DNA from: Scyliorhinus canicula | Lineage: Eukaryota | DNA: 64,000 bases | Assembly (NCBI RefSeq): GCF_902713615.1 | Contig: NW_024055479.1 | Coordinates: 310,001-374,000, forward strand | Direction of reading: 5' to 3' | In this document: piece after piece, positions 45,791 through 60,272 of the stretch | Layout of the letters: each line of letters opens with the position of its first letter | How positions within the stretch are numbered: the first letter of the stretch is position 1 | Notes under the pieces: model-generated | Seen by the model: the letters and a program-made list of their open reading frames with translations, nothing else | Told to the model about the DNA's origin: nothing | The model's database searches: none | Position numbers and translations under genes: made by a program

Positions 45791-48700
45791 TGTTTCCTAA
45801 ATTTAGAATGCCCAATTCACTTTTTCCAATTAAGGAGCAATTTTAGCGTGTTCAGCCCACCTACCCAGCACATCTTTGTGTTGTGGGGATAAACTCACGC
45901 AAACACGGGCGAATGTGCAAACTCCACACGGACAGTGACCCAGAGCCTGCAGAAGAGCAGGTGGAATTGATCCTGTACAGCACTTCGTTCCACATTTCTC
46001 CCCCTATCTCCCTGCCTATTTCCTCCCCCCATTTCTGCTGCGTTTTGTCCAGTGGCATCCTGACCTCTTGCAAAGGTCGTCCATATACTTCACCACATGG
46101 GCCTCCTCCCAGCTTGATACGTTTTAGCATCCTGTCCAGTAGGGTGTGTCCGGATACCTAGGGTCCCCTTGCAGAGAAAGACCCGCTGCTGCAGCTATCG
46201 AAGTTCGTTCCCTTTCAGGAGTTAGAACTTCTCCGACATTCGGGGCAGCACGGTAGCATGGTGGTTAGCATAAATGCTTCACAGCTCCAGGGTCCCAGGT
46301 TCGATTCCCGGCTGGGTCACTGTCTGTGCGGAGTCTGCACGTCCTCCCCGTGTGTGCGTGGGTTTCCTCCGGGTGCTCCGGTTTCCTCCCACAGTCCAAA
46401 GATGTGCGGGTTAGGTGGATTGGCCATGCTAAATTGCCCGTAGTGTCCTAAAAGTAAGGTTAAGGGGGGGGGGGGTTGTTGGGTTACGGGTATAGCGTGG
46501 GTTTGAGTAGGGTGATCATGGATCGGCACAACATTGAGGTCCGAAGGGCCTGTTCTGTGCTGTACTGTTCTATGTTCTCTATGTTCTATTTCCCCAATCT
46601 ATCTTATGTAAATTATGAAATAGTAAGTTAGAGATTTAGATTTTATTACCCTCAAGTGAAATATAGGGTCTACTGCAATTTTTCATCACTTCCATAAGTC
46701 ATCACATATTCGAGCTATATATCAGAAACTTCCTGTGATGGTGAGATGAAGTCTTGCTAACAAAGCAGCGTATGGTTGATTGCTGCTCCTTATTTTCGAT
46801 CTGATTTATATGCATTTCCACCAGGAAACCCAGGAATTGCAGATTCAACTTTGTAATAGAACGACCACTGCGACATTACGTTGTAACTAAGAAAATGCAG
46901 GAGAATTGTTCATCAATGCATGATAACGCTAGTAAATGATCTACACCCTAATCATGTGCTTGAACATAGAACATAGATCATGACAGCGCAGTAGAGGCCC
47001 TTCGGCCCTTGATGTTGCGCCGAGCTGTGAAACCACTCTAAAGCCCATCTACATTATTCTCTTATCGTCCACATGCCTATTCAATGACCTCTTAACCTTC
47101 TTCTCTCTAATGAAAACAGCATCAAATCCCTCATCCTTCCCTCATAAGATCTTCCCTCCATACCACACAACATTCTGGTAAATCTCTTCTGCACCCTTTC
47201 CAATGCTTCCGCATCCTTCCTATAATGTGGCGACCAGAATTGCCCGCAATACTCCAAATGCGGCCGCACCAGATCCGTTCCAAATCCCTCTGCAGAGCCC
47301 TTGTTTCCTCAATACTATCTTTGTATCATCTGCAAACCTCGCAACAGCGCCTTCAGTTCCTTCTTCCAGATCATTAATCTATATCATGAAAAGTTGTGAT
47401 TCCAGCACAGAGGCACACCACTAGTCACCGGCTGTCATCCTGAAATAGGATCCCCACTTTATCCCCACTCTCTGCCTTCTGCCAGTCAGTCAATCCTCTC
47501 TCTATTACCAATGTTTTACCCTTAACACCATGGGCTCTTAACCTTTTGAACAATCTCCGATGCGGCACCTTGTGAAAGGCCTTCTGGAAATCTAAATAAA
47601 TCACGTCCGCTGGTTCACCTTTGCCGAACTTCCTCGTTACCTCCTCAAAGCACTCTAACAGATTTGTCAGACATGACCTCCCATTGACAAAGCGGTGCTG
47701 ACTCAGTCCTATTTTACCATGCACTTGCAAGTACTCCGTGATCTTATCTTTAAAAAGAGACTATAAAATCTTACCAACGACCAAAGTCAGGCTAACCGGC
47801 CTATAATTTCCCATCTCTGCTTCCCTCCCTTTTGTTTCCTAAATTTAGAATGCCCAATTCACTTTTTCCAATTAAGGAGCAATTTTAGCGTGTTCAGCCC
47901 ACCTACCCAGCACATCTTTGTGTTGTGGGGATAAACTCACGCAAACACGGGGCGAATGTGCAAACTCCACACGGACAGTGACCCAGAGCCTGCAGAAGAG
48001 CAGGTGGAATTGATCCTGTACAGCACTTCGTTCCACATTTCTCCCCCTATCTCCCTGCCTATTTCCTCCCCCCATTTCTGCTGCGTTTTGTCCAGTGGCA
48101 TCCTGACCTCTTGCAAAGGTCGTCCATATACTTCACCACATGGGCCTCCTCCCAGCTTGATATGTTTTAGCATCCTGTCCAGTAGGGTGTGTCCGGGTAC
48201 CTGGGGTCCCCTTGCAGAGAAAGACCCGCTGCTGCAGCTATCGAAGTTCGTTCCGTTTCAGGAGTTAGAACTTCTCCGACATTTCCCCAATCTATTTTAT
48301 GTAAATTATGAAATAGTAAGTTAGAGATTTAGATTTTATTACCCTCAAGTGAAATATAGGGTCTACTGCAATTTTTCATCACTTCCATAAGTCATCACAT
48401 ATTCGAGCTATATATCAGAAACTTCCTGTGATGGTGAGATGAAGTCTTGCTAACAAAGCAGCGTATGGTTGATTGCTGCTTCTTATTTTCGATCTGATTT
48501 ATATGAATTTCCACCATGAAACCCAGGAATTGCAGGTTCAACTTTGTAATAGAATGACCACTGCGACATTACGTTGTAACTAAGAAAATGCAGGAGAATT
48601 GTTCATCAATGCATGATAACGCTAGTAAATGATCTACACCCTAATCATGTGCTTGAACATAGAACATAGATCATGACAGCGCAGTAGAGGCCCTTCGGCC

Positions 48701-48966
48701 CTTGATGTTGCGCCGAGCTGTGAAACCCCTCTAAAGCCCATCTACACTATTCTCTTATCGTCCATATGCCTATCGAATGACCTCTTAACCTTCTTCTCTC
48801 TAATGAAAACAGCATCAAATCCCTCAGCCTTCCCTCATAAGATATTCCCTCCATACCACACAACATTCTGGTAAATCTCTTCTGCACCCTTTCCAATGCT
48901 TCCACATCCTTCCTATAATGTGGCGACCAGAATTGCCCGCAATACTCCAAATGCGGCCGCACCAGA
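45232..48966. repeat. About 1.7-kb tandem segmental duplication (45232-47273 and 47281-48966)
   Basis: Near-identical copies; SINE 46241-46587 present only in the first. Confidence 0.9.
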
Positions 48967-51400
48967 GTTTTATACAACTGCAACATGACCTCATGGCTCC
49001 GAAACACAATTCCTCTAACAATAAAAGCTAACACACTGTATGCCTTCTTAACAACCCTCTCAACCTGGGTGGCAACTTTCAGGGATCTATGTACATGGAC
49101 ACCGAGATCTCTCTGCTCATCCACACTACCATGAATCTTCCCATTAGCCCAGTACTCTGTCTTCCTGTTATTCCTTTCAAAATTAATCAGCTCCCACTTT
49201 TCTGCATGAAACTCCATTTGCCACCTGTCAGCCCAGCTCTGCAGCTTATCTATGTCCCTCTGAAACTTGTAACATCCTTCCGCACTGTCCACAACTCCAC
49301 CGACTTTAGTGTCATCTGCAAATTTACTCACCCATGTTCTACGCCCTCCTCCAGGTCATTTATAAAAATGAGAAACAGCAGTGGCCCCAAAACAGATCTT
49401 TGTGGTATACCACTAGTAACTGGACCCTAGTCTGAACATTTCCCATCAACCACCACCCTTTGTCTTCTTCCAGCTAGCCAATTTCTGATCCAAACTGCTA
49501 AATCACCCTGAATCCCATGCCTCCGTATTTTCTGCAATAGCCTACCGTGGGGAACCATATCAAACGCTTTACTGAAATCAATATACACCATATCAACTGC
49601 TTTACCCTCGTCCAGCTGTTTGGTAACCTTTTCAAAGAACTTAATAAGTTTTGTGAGGCACGACCTAGTATTCACAAAACCATGTTGACTATCTCTAATC
49701 AAATTATTCCTTTCCAGATGATTATACATCCTATCTCTTATAAACCTTTCCAAGACTTTGCCCACAACAGAAGTAAGGCCCACTGGTCTATAGTTACCGG
49801 GGTTGTCTCTACTCCCCTTCTTGAACAAGGGGACAACATTTGCTATCCTCCAGTCTTCTGGCACTATTCCTGTAGACAAAGATGACTTAAAGATCAAAGC
49901 CAACGGCTCAGCAATCGCTTCCCTAGCTTCCCAGAGGATCCTAGGATAAATCCCGTCCGGCCCAGGGGACTTATCTATTTTCACACTTTCCAGAATTGCT
50001 AACACCTCTTCCTTATGAACCTCAAGCCCTTCTAGTCTAGTAGCCTGGATCTCAGTATTCTCCTGGACAACAGTGTCTTTTTCCTGTGTGAATACTGACA
50101 AAAAATATTCAATTTAGCACCTCTCCCATCTCCTCGGACTCCACGCACAACTTCCTGTTACTGTCCTTGACTAGCCCTACTCTTACCCTAGTCATTCTTT
50201 TATTCCTGACATACCCATAGAAAGCTTTAGGGTTATCCTTGACCCTACCTGCCAAAGACTTCTCGTGTCCTCACTTGGCTCTTCTTAGCTCTCTCTTTAG
50301 AGCCTTCCTAGCTAACTTGTAACTCTCAAGCGACCCGACTGAACCATCATGTCTCATCTTCACATAAGCCTCCTTCTTCCTCTTGACAAGTGTTTCAACT
50401 GCTTTAGTAGCCCATGGTTCCCTCACTCGACCACTTCCTCCCTGCCTAACAGGTACATACTTATCAAGGACACGCAGTATCTGTTCCTTGAACATGCTCC
50501 ACATTTCCATTGTGTCCATCCCTTGCAGTTTTCCTCTCCAGGCGATGCATCCGAAGTCTTGCCTCATCGCATCATAATTGCCTTTCCCCCAGCAATAACT
50601 CTTGCCCTACATTTTATACCTATCCCTTTCCATCGCTAAAGTAAACGTAATCGAATTGTGGTCACTATCACCAAAATGCTCACCTACCTCCAAATCTAAC
50701 ACCTGTCCTGGTTCATTACCCAGTACCAAATCCAATACGGCCTCGCCTCTTGTTGGTCTATCTTCATACTGCATCAGGAAAGCCTCCTGCACACATTGGA
50801 CAAAAACGGATCCATCTAAAGCACTCGAACTATAGTGTTTCCAGTCAATATTTGGAAAGTTAAAGTACCCCATAACAACTACCCTGTTAATTTCGCTCCT
50901 ATCCAGAATCATCTTTGCAATCCTTTCCTCTACATCTCTGGAACTTTTTGGAGGCCTATAGAAAAGCCCTAACAGGGTGACCTCTCCTTTCCCGTTTCTG
51001 AACTCAGCCCATACTACCTCGGTATTCGAGTCCTCATCAAATGTCCTCTCAGCCACCGTAATACTGCCCTTGACTAACAATGTCACCACTCTCTTACCAC
51101 CTTCCCCGAGCTTACTGAAATATCTAAACCCCGGCACCTGCAACAACCATTCCTCGCCCTGTTCTATCCATGTTTCCGAAATGGCCACAACATCGAAGTC
51201 CCTGGTACTAACCCATGCCACAAGCTCACCCACCTTATTCCGGATGCTTCTGGCATTGAAGTAGACGCACTTTAGACCACCTTCCTTCCTGCCGGTACAC
51301 TCCTGCAACTTTGAAACCTTACTCATGACCTCACTACTCTCAGCTTCTTGTGTACTGGAGCTACAATTCAGGTTCCCAATCCCCTGCTGAACTAGTTTAA
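48660..51400 (-). mobile_element. 5'-truncated decayed CR1 ORF2, same subfamily as 13458..16361
   Basis: ORFs 50607..51326, 50271..50567, 49427..50101, 48747..49331 closely follow the intact ORF2 text, with frameshifts and stops. Confidence 0.9.
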
Positions 51401-52689
51401 ACTAGTTGTCTAGTGTTGTCCTTTGTTTGCCTCGATAATAAAGACATTTGGGTAAAACCTTTGACTCATACACTGGTTGAAAGTGTCTGAGAAGATTTTA
51501 CAGATACAACATCGTATTTTTAACTGGGATCCAGGAGCTTCTAGAATTTTGCCCATATTTTTGATTTTCACGGACATATGAGCAAGTGATTCATCCAATG
51601 ACCTCTTCGGCTCGCCTTCCAAACTCTGACGGTGTTTTCCTAATTCAGCCGCTCCAATGCGGCTGCTGTTGGCAGCGTGTTCAACGTTGGAGAAGGAGGA
51701 CTCGTGCCCGCCATCTTGCAGCCCGCCGAGTCCTGCGAAGCCTCGGAGTCCCAGGAGTAAGTGCGGCCCGCTTCTCTTCCATTCTTCTTTCTCGGCATTA
51801 TCTTGAAGTTTGTGTATTTATCTGTCGAGTATCATAGAATCTCCAGTGCAGAAGGAGGCCATTCAGCCCATCGAGTCAGCACTGGCTCTTGGAAAGAGCA
51901 CGCTACCTTTTGTAAATCCATGCTGACTTTGTCCGATTACACCACTGCTTTCCAAATGCTGTGCTATGAAATCCTTGATAATGGACTCCAGCAACTTCCC
52001 TCCTACTGATGTCAGGCTCACTGGTCTATAGTTCCCTGTTTTCTCTCTACCTCCCTGTTTGAATAGCGGGGTTACATTCGCTACCCTCCAATCTGTAGGA
52101 ACAATTCCAGAGTCGAAAGAATTTTGGAAAATGACCACCATTGGGTCTCCTATTTCCCGAGCCACTTCCTTAAGTAGTTTGGGATGAAGATTATCAGGTC
52201 CTGGAGATTTTATAGACGGATATAGATAGTCTAGGAGATTGGGCCAGAATTTGGCAGATGGAGTTTAATGTAGATAAGTGTCAGGTTATCCATTTAGACT
52301 GAAAAAATAGAAAGGACAATTATCTGAATGGAAAACAGATTCAAGATGTGTTGGACAGGGGGATCTGGGTGAATTTGTGAAACTCGCTGCCCCAGAGTGC
52401 GGTGGAATTTGAGTCATTAAATGGTTTCAAGAAGAAGATAGATATATTTCTGATTATAAAAATGGATTAAAGGGATTATGGGGAACAGATGGTGAGGTGG
52501 ATTTTAGACCAGGAACAGATTGGCCATGATCTGATTGAATAGCGGAGCAGGCTCGAAGAGTAGAATTGTGTACTTGTACTAATTCTTATGTTCCTATGTA
52601 CTATCCAGGATCAAATTAATGTATTACATCTGCTCCTGTGGATCATTTCAGTGGAAATATGCTCTCGCTCAAAGAGTATCAGCACACTG

Positions 52690-53110
52690 GAGTGAACATT
52701 GGAAGACTGGCCAGCCCACAGAGAAACCTTCTGACCCCCAACTTCACCCACTGTCAGAATGACAATGGTTCAATCCTGGATGTGATCAAGAACAGCAAAG
52801 ATCAGCAGAATCCAACCCTTATAATCACTTGTGAACTCGCTGGTGTTTCTGCAGGTAGGATGTACTACTGAATCCTCTCCCACACCTGGAGCAGGTAAAC
52901 GGCTTCTCCTTAGTGTGAACTCGCTGGTGTCTGAGCAGGTTGGATGAATTAACAAACCCCTTACCACACACAGAGCAGGTGAATGGTCGCTCCCCAGTAT
53001 GAAATCGCTGGTGTGTTACCAAATTGCATGAATTAACAAACCCTTCCGACACACAGATCAAGTGAATGGTCTCTCCCCAGTGTGAAGTCGCTGGTGTGTC
53101 AGCCGGTTGG
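52690..53110 (-). pseudogene. C2H2 zinc-finger gene 3' relic
   Basis: [48 protein letters not shown]...HQRVH; upstream cut by SINE/CR1 insertions. Confidence 0.8.
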
Positions 53111-54848
53111 ATGAATAGATAGATAGAACAGTGCAGCACAGAACAGGCCCTTCGGCCCTCGATGTTGTGCCGAGCAATGATCACCCTACTCAAACCCACC
53201 CTATCCCCGTATGAAATGAAATGAAAATCGCTTATTGTCACGAGTAGGCTTCAATGAAGTTACTATGAAAAGCCCCTAGTTGTCAGATTCCGGCGCCTGT
53301 CCGCGGAGGCTGGTACAGGAATCGAACCGTGCTGCTGGCCTGCTTGGTCTGCTTTAAAAGCCAGCGATTTAGCCCAGTGAGCTAAAGAGCCGCTCTGGCT
53401 GGTTAAACCAGTGTGCGTGAGTCTCCTCCGGGTGCTCCGGTTTCCTCCCACAGTCCAAAGATGTGCAGGTTAGGTGGATTGGCCATGGTAAATTGCCCTT
53501 AGTGTCCAAAATTGCCCTTAGTGTTGGGTGGGGTTATGGGGATAGGGTGGAGATGTTGACCTTGGGTAGGTGCTCTTGGGCTGGTTTAGCTCACAAGGCT
53601 AAATCGCTGGCTTATAAAGCAGACCCAGCAGGCTAGCAGCACGGTTCGATTCCCGTATCAGCCTCCCTGGACAGGCGCCGGAATATGGCGACTAGGGGCT
53701 TTTCACAGTAACTTCATTGAAGGCTACTCGTGACAATAAGCGATTTTCATTTTTCAGTTTCTTTCCAAGAGCCGGTGCAGATTCGATGGGCCGAATGGCC
53801 TCCTGCTGCACTGTAAATTCTATGAAAACGCAACGCTAATAACTAAATTATAGATGAATGCTCATTAATACTCACCTCTGGAACAATTTCACTGTTTTCA
53901 AACAGAAAACCTCCTATGGAGTCTGCAGCTGGAAATATATCAGAAGCACTGGAATGAGAGAAAAATCACAGTCTTCAAATCCTCTAACTCCCTGTAAAAT
54001 GAGATTACAAGAATCATGTGTCAATTGTGGTCAGAGATTAACATTTTTTCTTTATCGCAGATTGCTTCATGTAAATCCTCCCCATCTATCTCCCTGTAAT
54101 CTTAGTTTCCAAAGTCCAGGATATAAATTCATAAAACTCTCTCCATTTCCTGGCCTAGGATTAGGCCTAGGAAACCAGGGTCTGGTTTAGCTCACTCCGC
54201 TAAATCGCTGGCTTTTAAAGCAGACCAAGCAGGCCAGCACCACGGTTCGATTCCCGTACCAGCCTCTCCGGACAGGCGCCGGAATGTGGCGATTAGGGGC
54301 TTTTCACAGTAACTTCATTGAAGCCTACTCGTGACAATAAGCGATTTTCATTTCATTTCATTACTTAAACTGGGATACACTTACATTGGAAGCAGTTCAG
54401 ACAAAGGTCACTCAGTTGATTCCTGGCATGAAGGGATTTGTTTTCTGAGGAAAAGCTGGACAGGGTCCGCATATACTGATTGTATTTTAGATTAATGAGA
54501 GGTAATCTTACAGCAGCAGAAAGTATTCTGAGGGTGCTTGACAGGTGCTGAAAGGATGTTTCTCCTCAACAGGGAATCTTCAACTGCAAGGGAAGTTTAA
54601 AAATGTGTCGAAGACAGAGATGAGGAGAAATTACTTCTCTCAGAGGGCCAGTAGTCGGTGGAATTCTCGACCCAGTGAGCAGTGGAGGCGTGGCCATTGA
54701 ATTTATTCAAGGCTGTGTTATACACCATTTTTACCGGCAGGGGAGTAAAAGGTGAGGAAGGTTCATTGTCTGAAGGAAAATGGAGTTAACAGAATGATCA
54801 AATGAGCCACGATTGTCCGAATGGCCTCTTACTGTTAATAATTATGAT

Positions 54849-55190
54849 AATCTTATTCTTCTGTTATTGGGATGGGCGCACATGCGCTTTGCAGTAGTCC
54901 CCCCTCACGCTGAAAAGAGGGCGCCCGTTCTCCCGGACCATTCAATCAATGAGTCAAACATTTTCTCTCCTGGTCACCAGAACCCTGAAGCTCCTCCTAC
55001 TTTCCGTGACGGCACCAAGAATCTTATTCTTCTGTTATTGGGATGGGCGCACATGCGCTTTGCAGTAATCCCCCCTCACTCTGAAAAGAGGGCGCCCGTT
55101 CTCCCGGACCATTCAATCAATGAGTCAAACATTTTCTCTCCTGGTCACCAGAACCCTGAAGCTCCTCCTACTTTCCGTCACGGCACCAAG
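54849..55190. repeat. 171-bp direct tandem duplication
   Basis: aatcttattcttctgttattggg starts at 54849 and 55020. Confidence 0.9.
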
Positions 55191-55480
55191 ATCATGCGCT
55201 CCGCTCCCCGCTGAACGAGGATGGCGGCGATGGAACTGGGCCTGATCTGGATAAAAGCCCCGCAGATGCAAAGGCGGGGCCTGCAGGGTCTCTTCCTGCC
55301 GGGGGCCTTTCCCGGGTGTTTATGAAGCCTCCGCTCCCTCCCCTCCCCCCGGCTCCAGGCTCCATTCCTCCCTCCGCCGCTCACCCGCGGAAACAGCCCC
55401 TTCAGCACTCGCAGAGCTTCGAGCAGGATGGCAGTGCGCATGCTCCAGATACAACACTGTGCATGCGCACTGGGCTCCTG
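55190..55480. promoter_or_regulatory. CpG/GC-rich patch with NRF1-like GCGCATG motifs
   Basis: gcagtgcgcatgc, tgcatgcgcact; gcgcacatgcgc in the adjacent duplication. Confidence 0.35.
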
Positions 55481-57489
55481 TGGAGTGAACAGGGCACATT
55501 CACAGCCACAATGGATGCTGGGTAATATCAGCACCATTGAAACCTCAAACAACTAATACAAAATAACAATTTTGCCATTTGACCTAAATAATCTTCAAAA
55601 ATCAGAAATTGTGAATTGATGATCTATGTTACATTTTTCAGAGTTCTCCTGTGCCCATGTAGTGGTTTTAAAGCTTTTCTACTGTTTCTTCTCTCTCTAA
55701 CCTGACGGTGCTAATTCTGGCTGGGTTCAATTGCAGAGTTATTAATTTCTCTCTCTGCTGAATATTCATTGTTTTTTGAATGATAATGCACAGAGGGCAA
55801 CCATTTGGTTCATCATATCGGCTAGCAGTGTCCGAACCTGATAGAGTTTAATTGAATATGTCTGCAGACCTACAACAGTGACTTTAGTAACAAAGGGCCA
55901 AGGGAGGATGTGTTCAGAGTGGGTGAATTGTGGAATTACAAAGAAAAGGCATTGATATGCTGAATCTTCAGAATTATCACTTGACTGGGATGTTTCAGCA
56001 TGAAAAACTCCCTTGTACTTGTCAGAGGCCATGCCCCATGGACCTGTTAGACTGGGCTGGGCTTTCTGTGATCAGGACTCAAGTTTTATGAAAAAGGTCT
56101 GTATCAGACTGGAGATGTGTGTTTGAATCCTTCCCCATAACAGTTTTAGTATCCTTAGTAAGTACACACCATGACAGTTGGCCTACAATACGGTAGCACA
56201 GTGGTTGGCACAGTTGCTTCACAGCTCCAGGGTCCCAGGTTCAATTCCCGGATTGGGTCACTGTCTGTGTAAAGTGTGCACGTTCTCCCCGTGCCTGCGT
56301 GGGTTTCCTCTGGGTGCTCCAGTTTCCTCCAACAGTCCAAAGATGTGCAGGTTAGGTGGATTGACCACGCTAAATTGCGCTTAGTATGCAAAAAAATTGG
56401 GTGGGGTTAATTCGTTACGGGAGGGTGGAGGTGTGGGCTTGGGTAGGGTGCCCTTTCCAAGGGCTGATGCAGACTCGACAGGCCGAATGGCCTTCTTCTG
56501 CACTGTTAATTCTATGATTCTATGAAATCTCATCTTGTTGTGATCACAGCCCCTTAGACAGTTACTGACAGAATTATTATGTATTCCGAAAGCTGCTTTG
56601 GTTCTAGCTTCCATAGTGAAAACCTATCTCTCTGGGAGAAAGAAACACAGCTTCTCCACAGCAGAGAGTAAATCACTCGCCCACCACTCCAATCTGTACA
56701 TGATTTCAGATAATGCTGGTAAGTGTCCAGGGCAAACTTCTATTGGTAAGGTGAAGGGACAGCAGCAGGATTTAGTGAAGAAGGTAATAACCAGGCAAAT
56801 TCACTCACCAGGAAAACTGCTCTGGAGGAGATTCAATGGGATCCACCCAAAACACAAGATTGGCATCCCAACCAAAACACAAGGTTGGCACCCCACCCAA
56901 AACACAAGGTTGGCACCCCACCCAAAACAAAATAATTGGCACCGGTACGACAGACTCCAGCTAAACCTCATTTAAAAACATGTCAGGACACTGACCCTGA
57001 TGTAACTATGATCAAAGAGGCCGTACACCATAGCAAAGACTTTCCCTGATAGTAAGTCAGGACTCACTCTTCCTACTAGATTAGAGTTTCGACCACAAGG
57101 ATGGTTTAAATTTGACGTTGGTCACATTTTAATGGCTTAGAAAAGAATCAGTATTGTTGATAGATTGGAGCAAGGCATTTTTCTCTTTTTGAGTCCATGA
57201 TATTTTATATAATTACTATCGGTGGCTGAGGATGCAGCAGCATATCCATCGGCATCTGAATATGTGTCTCATTCTGGTGAGATGGTCCAGAGTTTTCATC
57301 CCTCTGCAAAACAGATGCTGAAACAAGCTGCTCCTTTGAAGGTCAGTTTGGTTTACTCCCTTCGCAAGGAACCAAAGACATGATCTACTCTGCGTGACAA
57401 ACCCAAGAAAAATACAAGGAACAGCATCAATTACAGTTCTTGGTCTTTTTTGACCTCACAAAAGCACTTTGCACTGCCAAAAGTGATCT

Positions 57490-59510
57490 TTTATTCAGTA
57501 TGTTGCTCAAATTGGATTGGATTTGTTTATTGTCACGTGCACCGAGGTACAGTGAAAAGTATTTTTCTGCAAGCAGCTCAACAGATCATTCAGTACATGG
57601 GAAGAAAAGAGAATTAAACAGGATTCAAGAAAATACATGAAAATACATAATAGGGCAACACAATATATACAATGTACTACATAAGAATTGTCATCAGATG
57701 AAGCATACATGGGTGTAGTGTTAATGAGGTCAGTCCAAAGAAGGTCATTTAGGAGTCTGGTGACAGTGGGGAAGAAGCTGTTTTTGAGTCTGTTCGTGCG
57801 TGTTCTCAGACTTCTGAATCTCCTGCCCGATGAAAGAAGTTGGAAAAGTGAGTAAGCCGCGTGGGAGGGATCCTTGATTGTGCTGCCTGCTTTCCCCCAG
57901 CAGCGGGAGGTGTAGATGGAATCAATGGATGGGAGGCAGGTTCGTGTGATGGACTGGGTGGTATTCACGACTCTCTGAATTTCCTTGCGGTCCTGGGCCG
58001 AGCAGTTGCCATACCAACTGTGATGCAGCCCGATAGGATGCTCTCTATCGTGTATCTGTAAAAGTTGGTAAGGGTTAATGTGGACATGCCGAATTTCCTT
58101 AGTTTCCTGAGGAAGTATAGGCGCTGTTGTGCTTTCTTGGTGATCGCGTCGACGTGAGTGGACCAGGATAGATTTTTGGTGATGTGCACCCCTAGGAATT
58201 TGAAACTGCTCACCATCTCTACCTCGGCTCCGTTGATGCTGACAGGGGTGTGTACAGTACTTTGCTTCCTGAAGTCGATGACCAGCTCTTTAGTTTTGCT
58301 GGCATTGAGGGAGAGATTGTTGTCGCTGCACCACTCCACTAGGTTCTCTATCTCCCTCCTGTATTCGGACTCGTCGTTATTCGAGATCCGGCCCACTATG
58401 GTCGTATCGTCAGCAAACTTGTAGATAGAGTTGGAACCAAGTTTTACCATGCAGTCGTGTGAGTACAGGGAGTAGAGTAAGGGGCTAAGTACGCAGCATT
58501 GCGGGGCACCTATATTGAGGACTATTATGGAGGAGGTGTTGGTGTTCATTCTTACTGACTGTGGTCTGTTGGTCAGAAAGTCAAGGATCCAGTTGCAGAG
58601 TGGAGAGCCAAGTCCTAGGTTTTGGAGCTTTGATATGAGCTTGGCTGGGATTATGGTGTTGAAGGCGGAGCTGTAGTCAATAAATAGGAGTCTGATGTAG
58701 GAGTCCTTGTTTTCGAGATGCTCTAGGGACGAGTGTAGGGCCAGGGAAATGGCGTCTGATGTGGACCGGTTGCGACGGTATGCGAATTGAAGTGGGTCAA
58801 GGCGTTCCGGGAGTAGCACTTGAAGCACTTCATTACAACTGACGTCAGGGCCACCGGGAGGTAGTCATTGAGGCACGTTGCCTGGTTCTTCTTTGGTACC
58901 AGTATGATAGTGGTCTTCTTGAAGCAGGTGGGGACCTCGGACTGGAGTAGGGATAGGTTAAAGATGTCTGAATACCTCTGCCAGCTGGTATGCGCAAGCT
59001 CTGAGTGCACGACCAGGGATCCCGTCCGGGTCTATCGCCTTCCATGGGTTCACTTTCAGGAAGGCCGATCTGACTTCGGAAACTGTGATGGTGGGTATGG
59101 GTGAATTATGGGTTGTTGGGGCACTCGATAGCGGATTGTTGGTTACCTGCTCGAACCGAGCGTAGAATGCATTAAGTTCATCGGGGAGGGGTGCGCTGCT
59201 GCAGAGATATTGCTCAGCGTCACTTTGTAGCCCGTTATGTTGTTTAGTCCTTTCCACAACCGCCGAGATTCTATCTGTGACTCTAGCTTAGTGTGATATT
59301 CTCTCTTGGCATCTCGGATGGCTTTGCGGAGGTCGTACCTGGATTTCTTGTATGGGACAGGGTCGTCTGCCTTGAACACCTCAGATCTGTCCTTCAGTAG
59401 GGAGTCAATCTCGCGGTTGAGCCATGGTTTCCGGTTAGGAAACGTACATACTGCTTTCTTTGCCATGCAGTCGTCCACACATTTGCTGATGAAGTCAAAA
59501 TAAATGGCAG
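57490..59510 (-). mobile_element. Rex1/Babar-type LINE, 5'-truncated (second 3' fragment 59695-59900)
   Basis: [18 protein letters not shown]...[17 protein letters not shown] in ORF 57965..58828; short caaat-like tail. Confidence 0.8.
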
Positions 59511-60079
59511 GCAGCATCTGTGGCGAGGTGAACAGATTTAACCTTTCTGATTGAAGACCTTCAAACCGAACAGTTTATTTAAAATGCGGCATTCGCCTTT
59601 TCATCGCATTTTTGCATTCAATTTCCTCGGGAGCCACTGGCCAATTCCCTATCTGCATTAATTAGATATAAAAAGAACAGTGAGCTGATAGACTTTTTGA
59701 TTTTTGATTTGATTTATTGTCATATGTACCGAAGCACAGTGAAAAGTATTTTTATGCGGCCGAGGAATGTACACAGTACGTACATAGTAGAAACAAGAAT
59801 AATCAACAGAGAACATTGACAAATGGTACATCGACAAAACAGTGATTGGTTACAGTGCGGAACAAGAAGCCAAACAACGCAACAAAACAAATATATGACT
59901 AAGAGCAGAAAGAAAACATAGAATAACATAGTTAGTAATCATATAAGATGAGGAAAATAGTTTTAGTAAGTCAGAACGCTGATAGGAGACAAAAGAAAAG
60001 GGACACGGGGAGAGAGCTCGCAGAGAGTCGCCATGTTCCGGCGCCCTGGTTGAATTGAAAACAAAGACGGTTTTAGCTG

Positions 60080-60117
60080 ATTGGATGTCATCTGATGATG
60101 CTGTCAACAATGACTCA
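60080..60117 (+). promoter_or_regulatory. Candidate V promoter motifs
   Basis: ATTGG, CRE-like GATGTCA and AP-1 TGACTCA (60111-60117) 100-140 nt upstream of the leader ATG. Confidence 0.35.
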
Positions 60118-60220
60118 ATCAGCAGAAACCCGGCTGTTACTCAACCCCATGTCAATTCTTGACTAAAACATTTTCAGTTTCAGTCGCTCTGCTCAAATCC
60201 ACCGCCAGCTCTCTGCAAAC

Positions 60221-60272
60221 ATGCCGCCTGTTACTTTGTCTTTATTCCTCACAGCTGCAGCTATTTTAACAG
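60221..60272 (+). CDS. TCR V leader exon (MPPVTLSLFLTAAAILT)
   Basis: ATG, hydrophobic, donor G|GTAAGT. Confidence 0.85.

Noticed and set aside
54178-54270. tRNA gene (A/B boxes, CTTTTAA loop)
   Set aside because: It continues into a shared body and (TTTCA)n tail present in many copies; this is a SINE head, as are the HE1 heads.
56990-57490. Host gene fragment (FFDLTKAL...)
   Set aside because: Resembles a highly decayed RTE-type LINE RT motif; too degraded to delimit.
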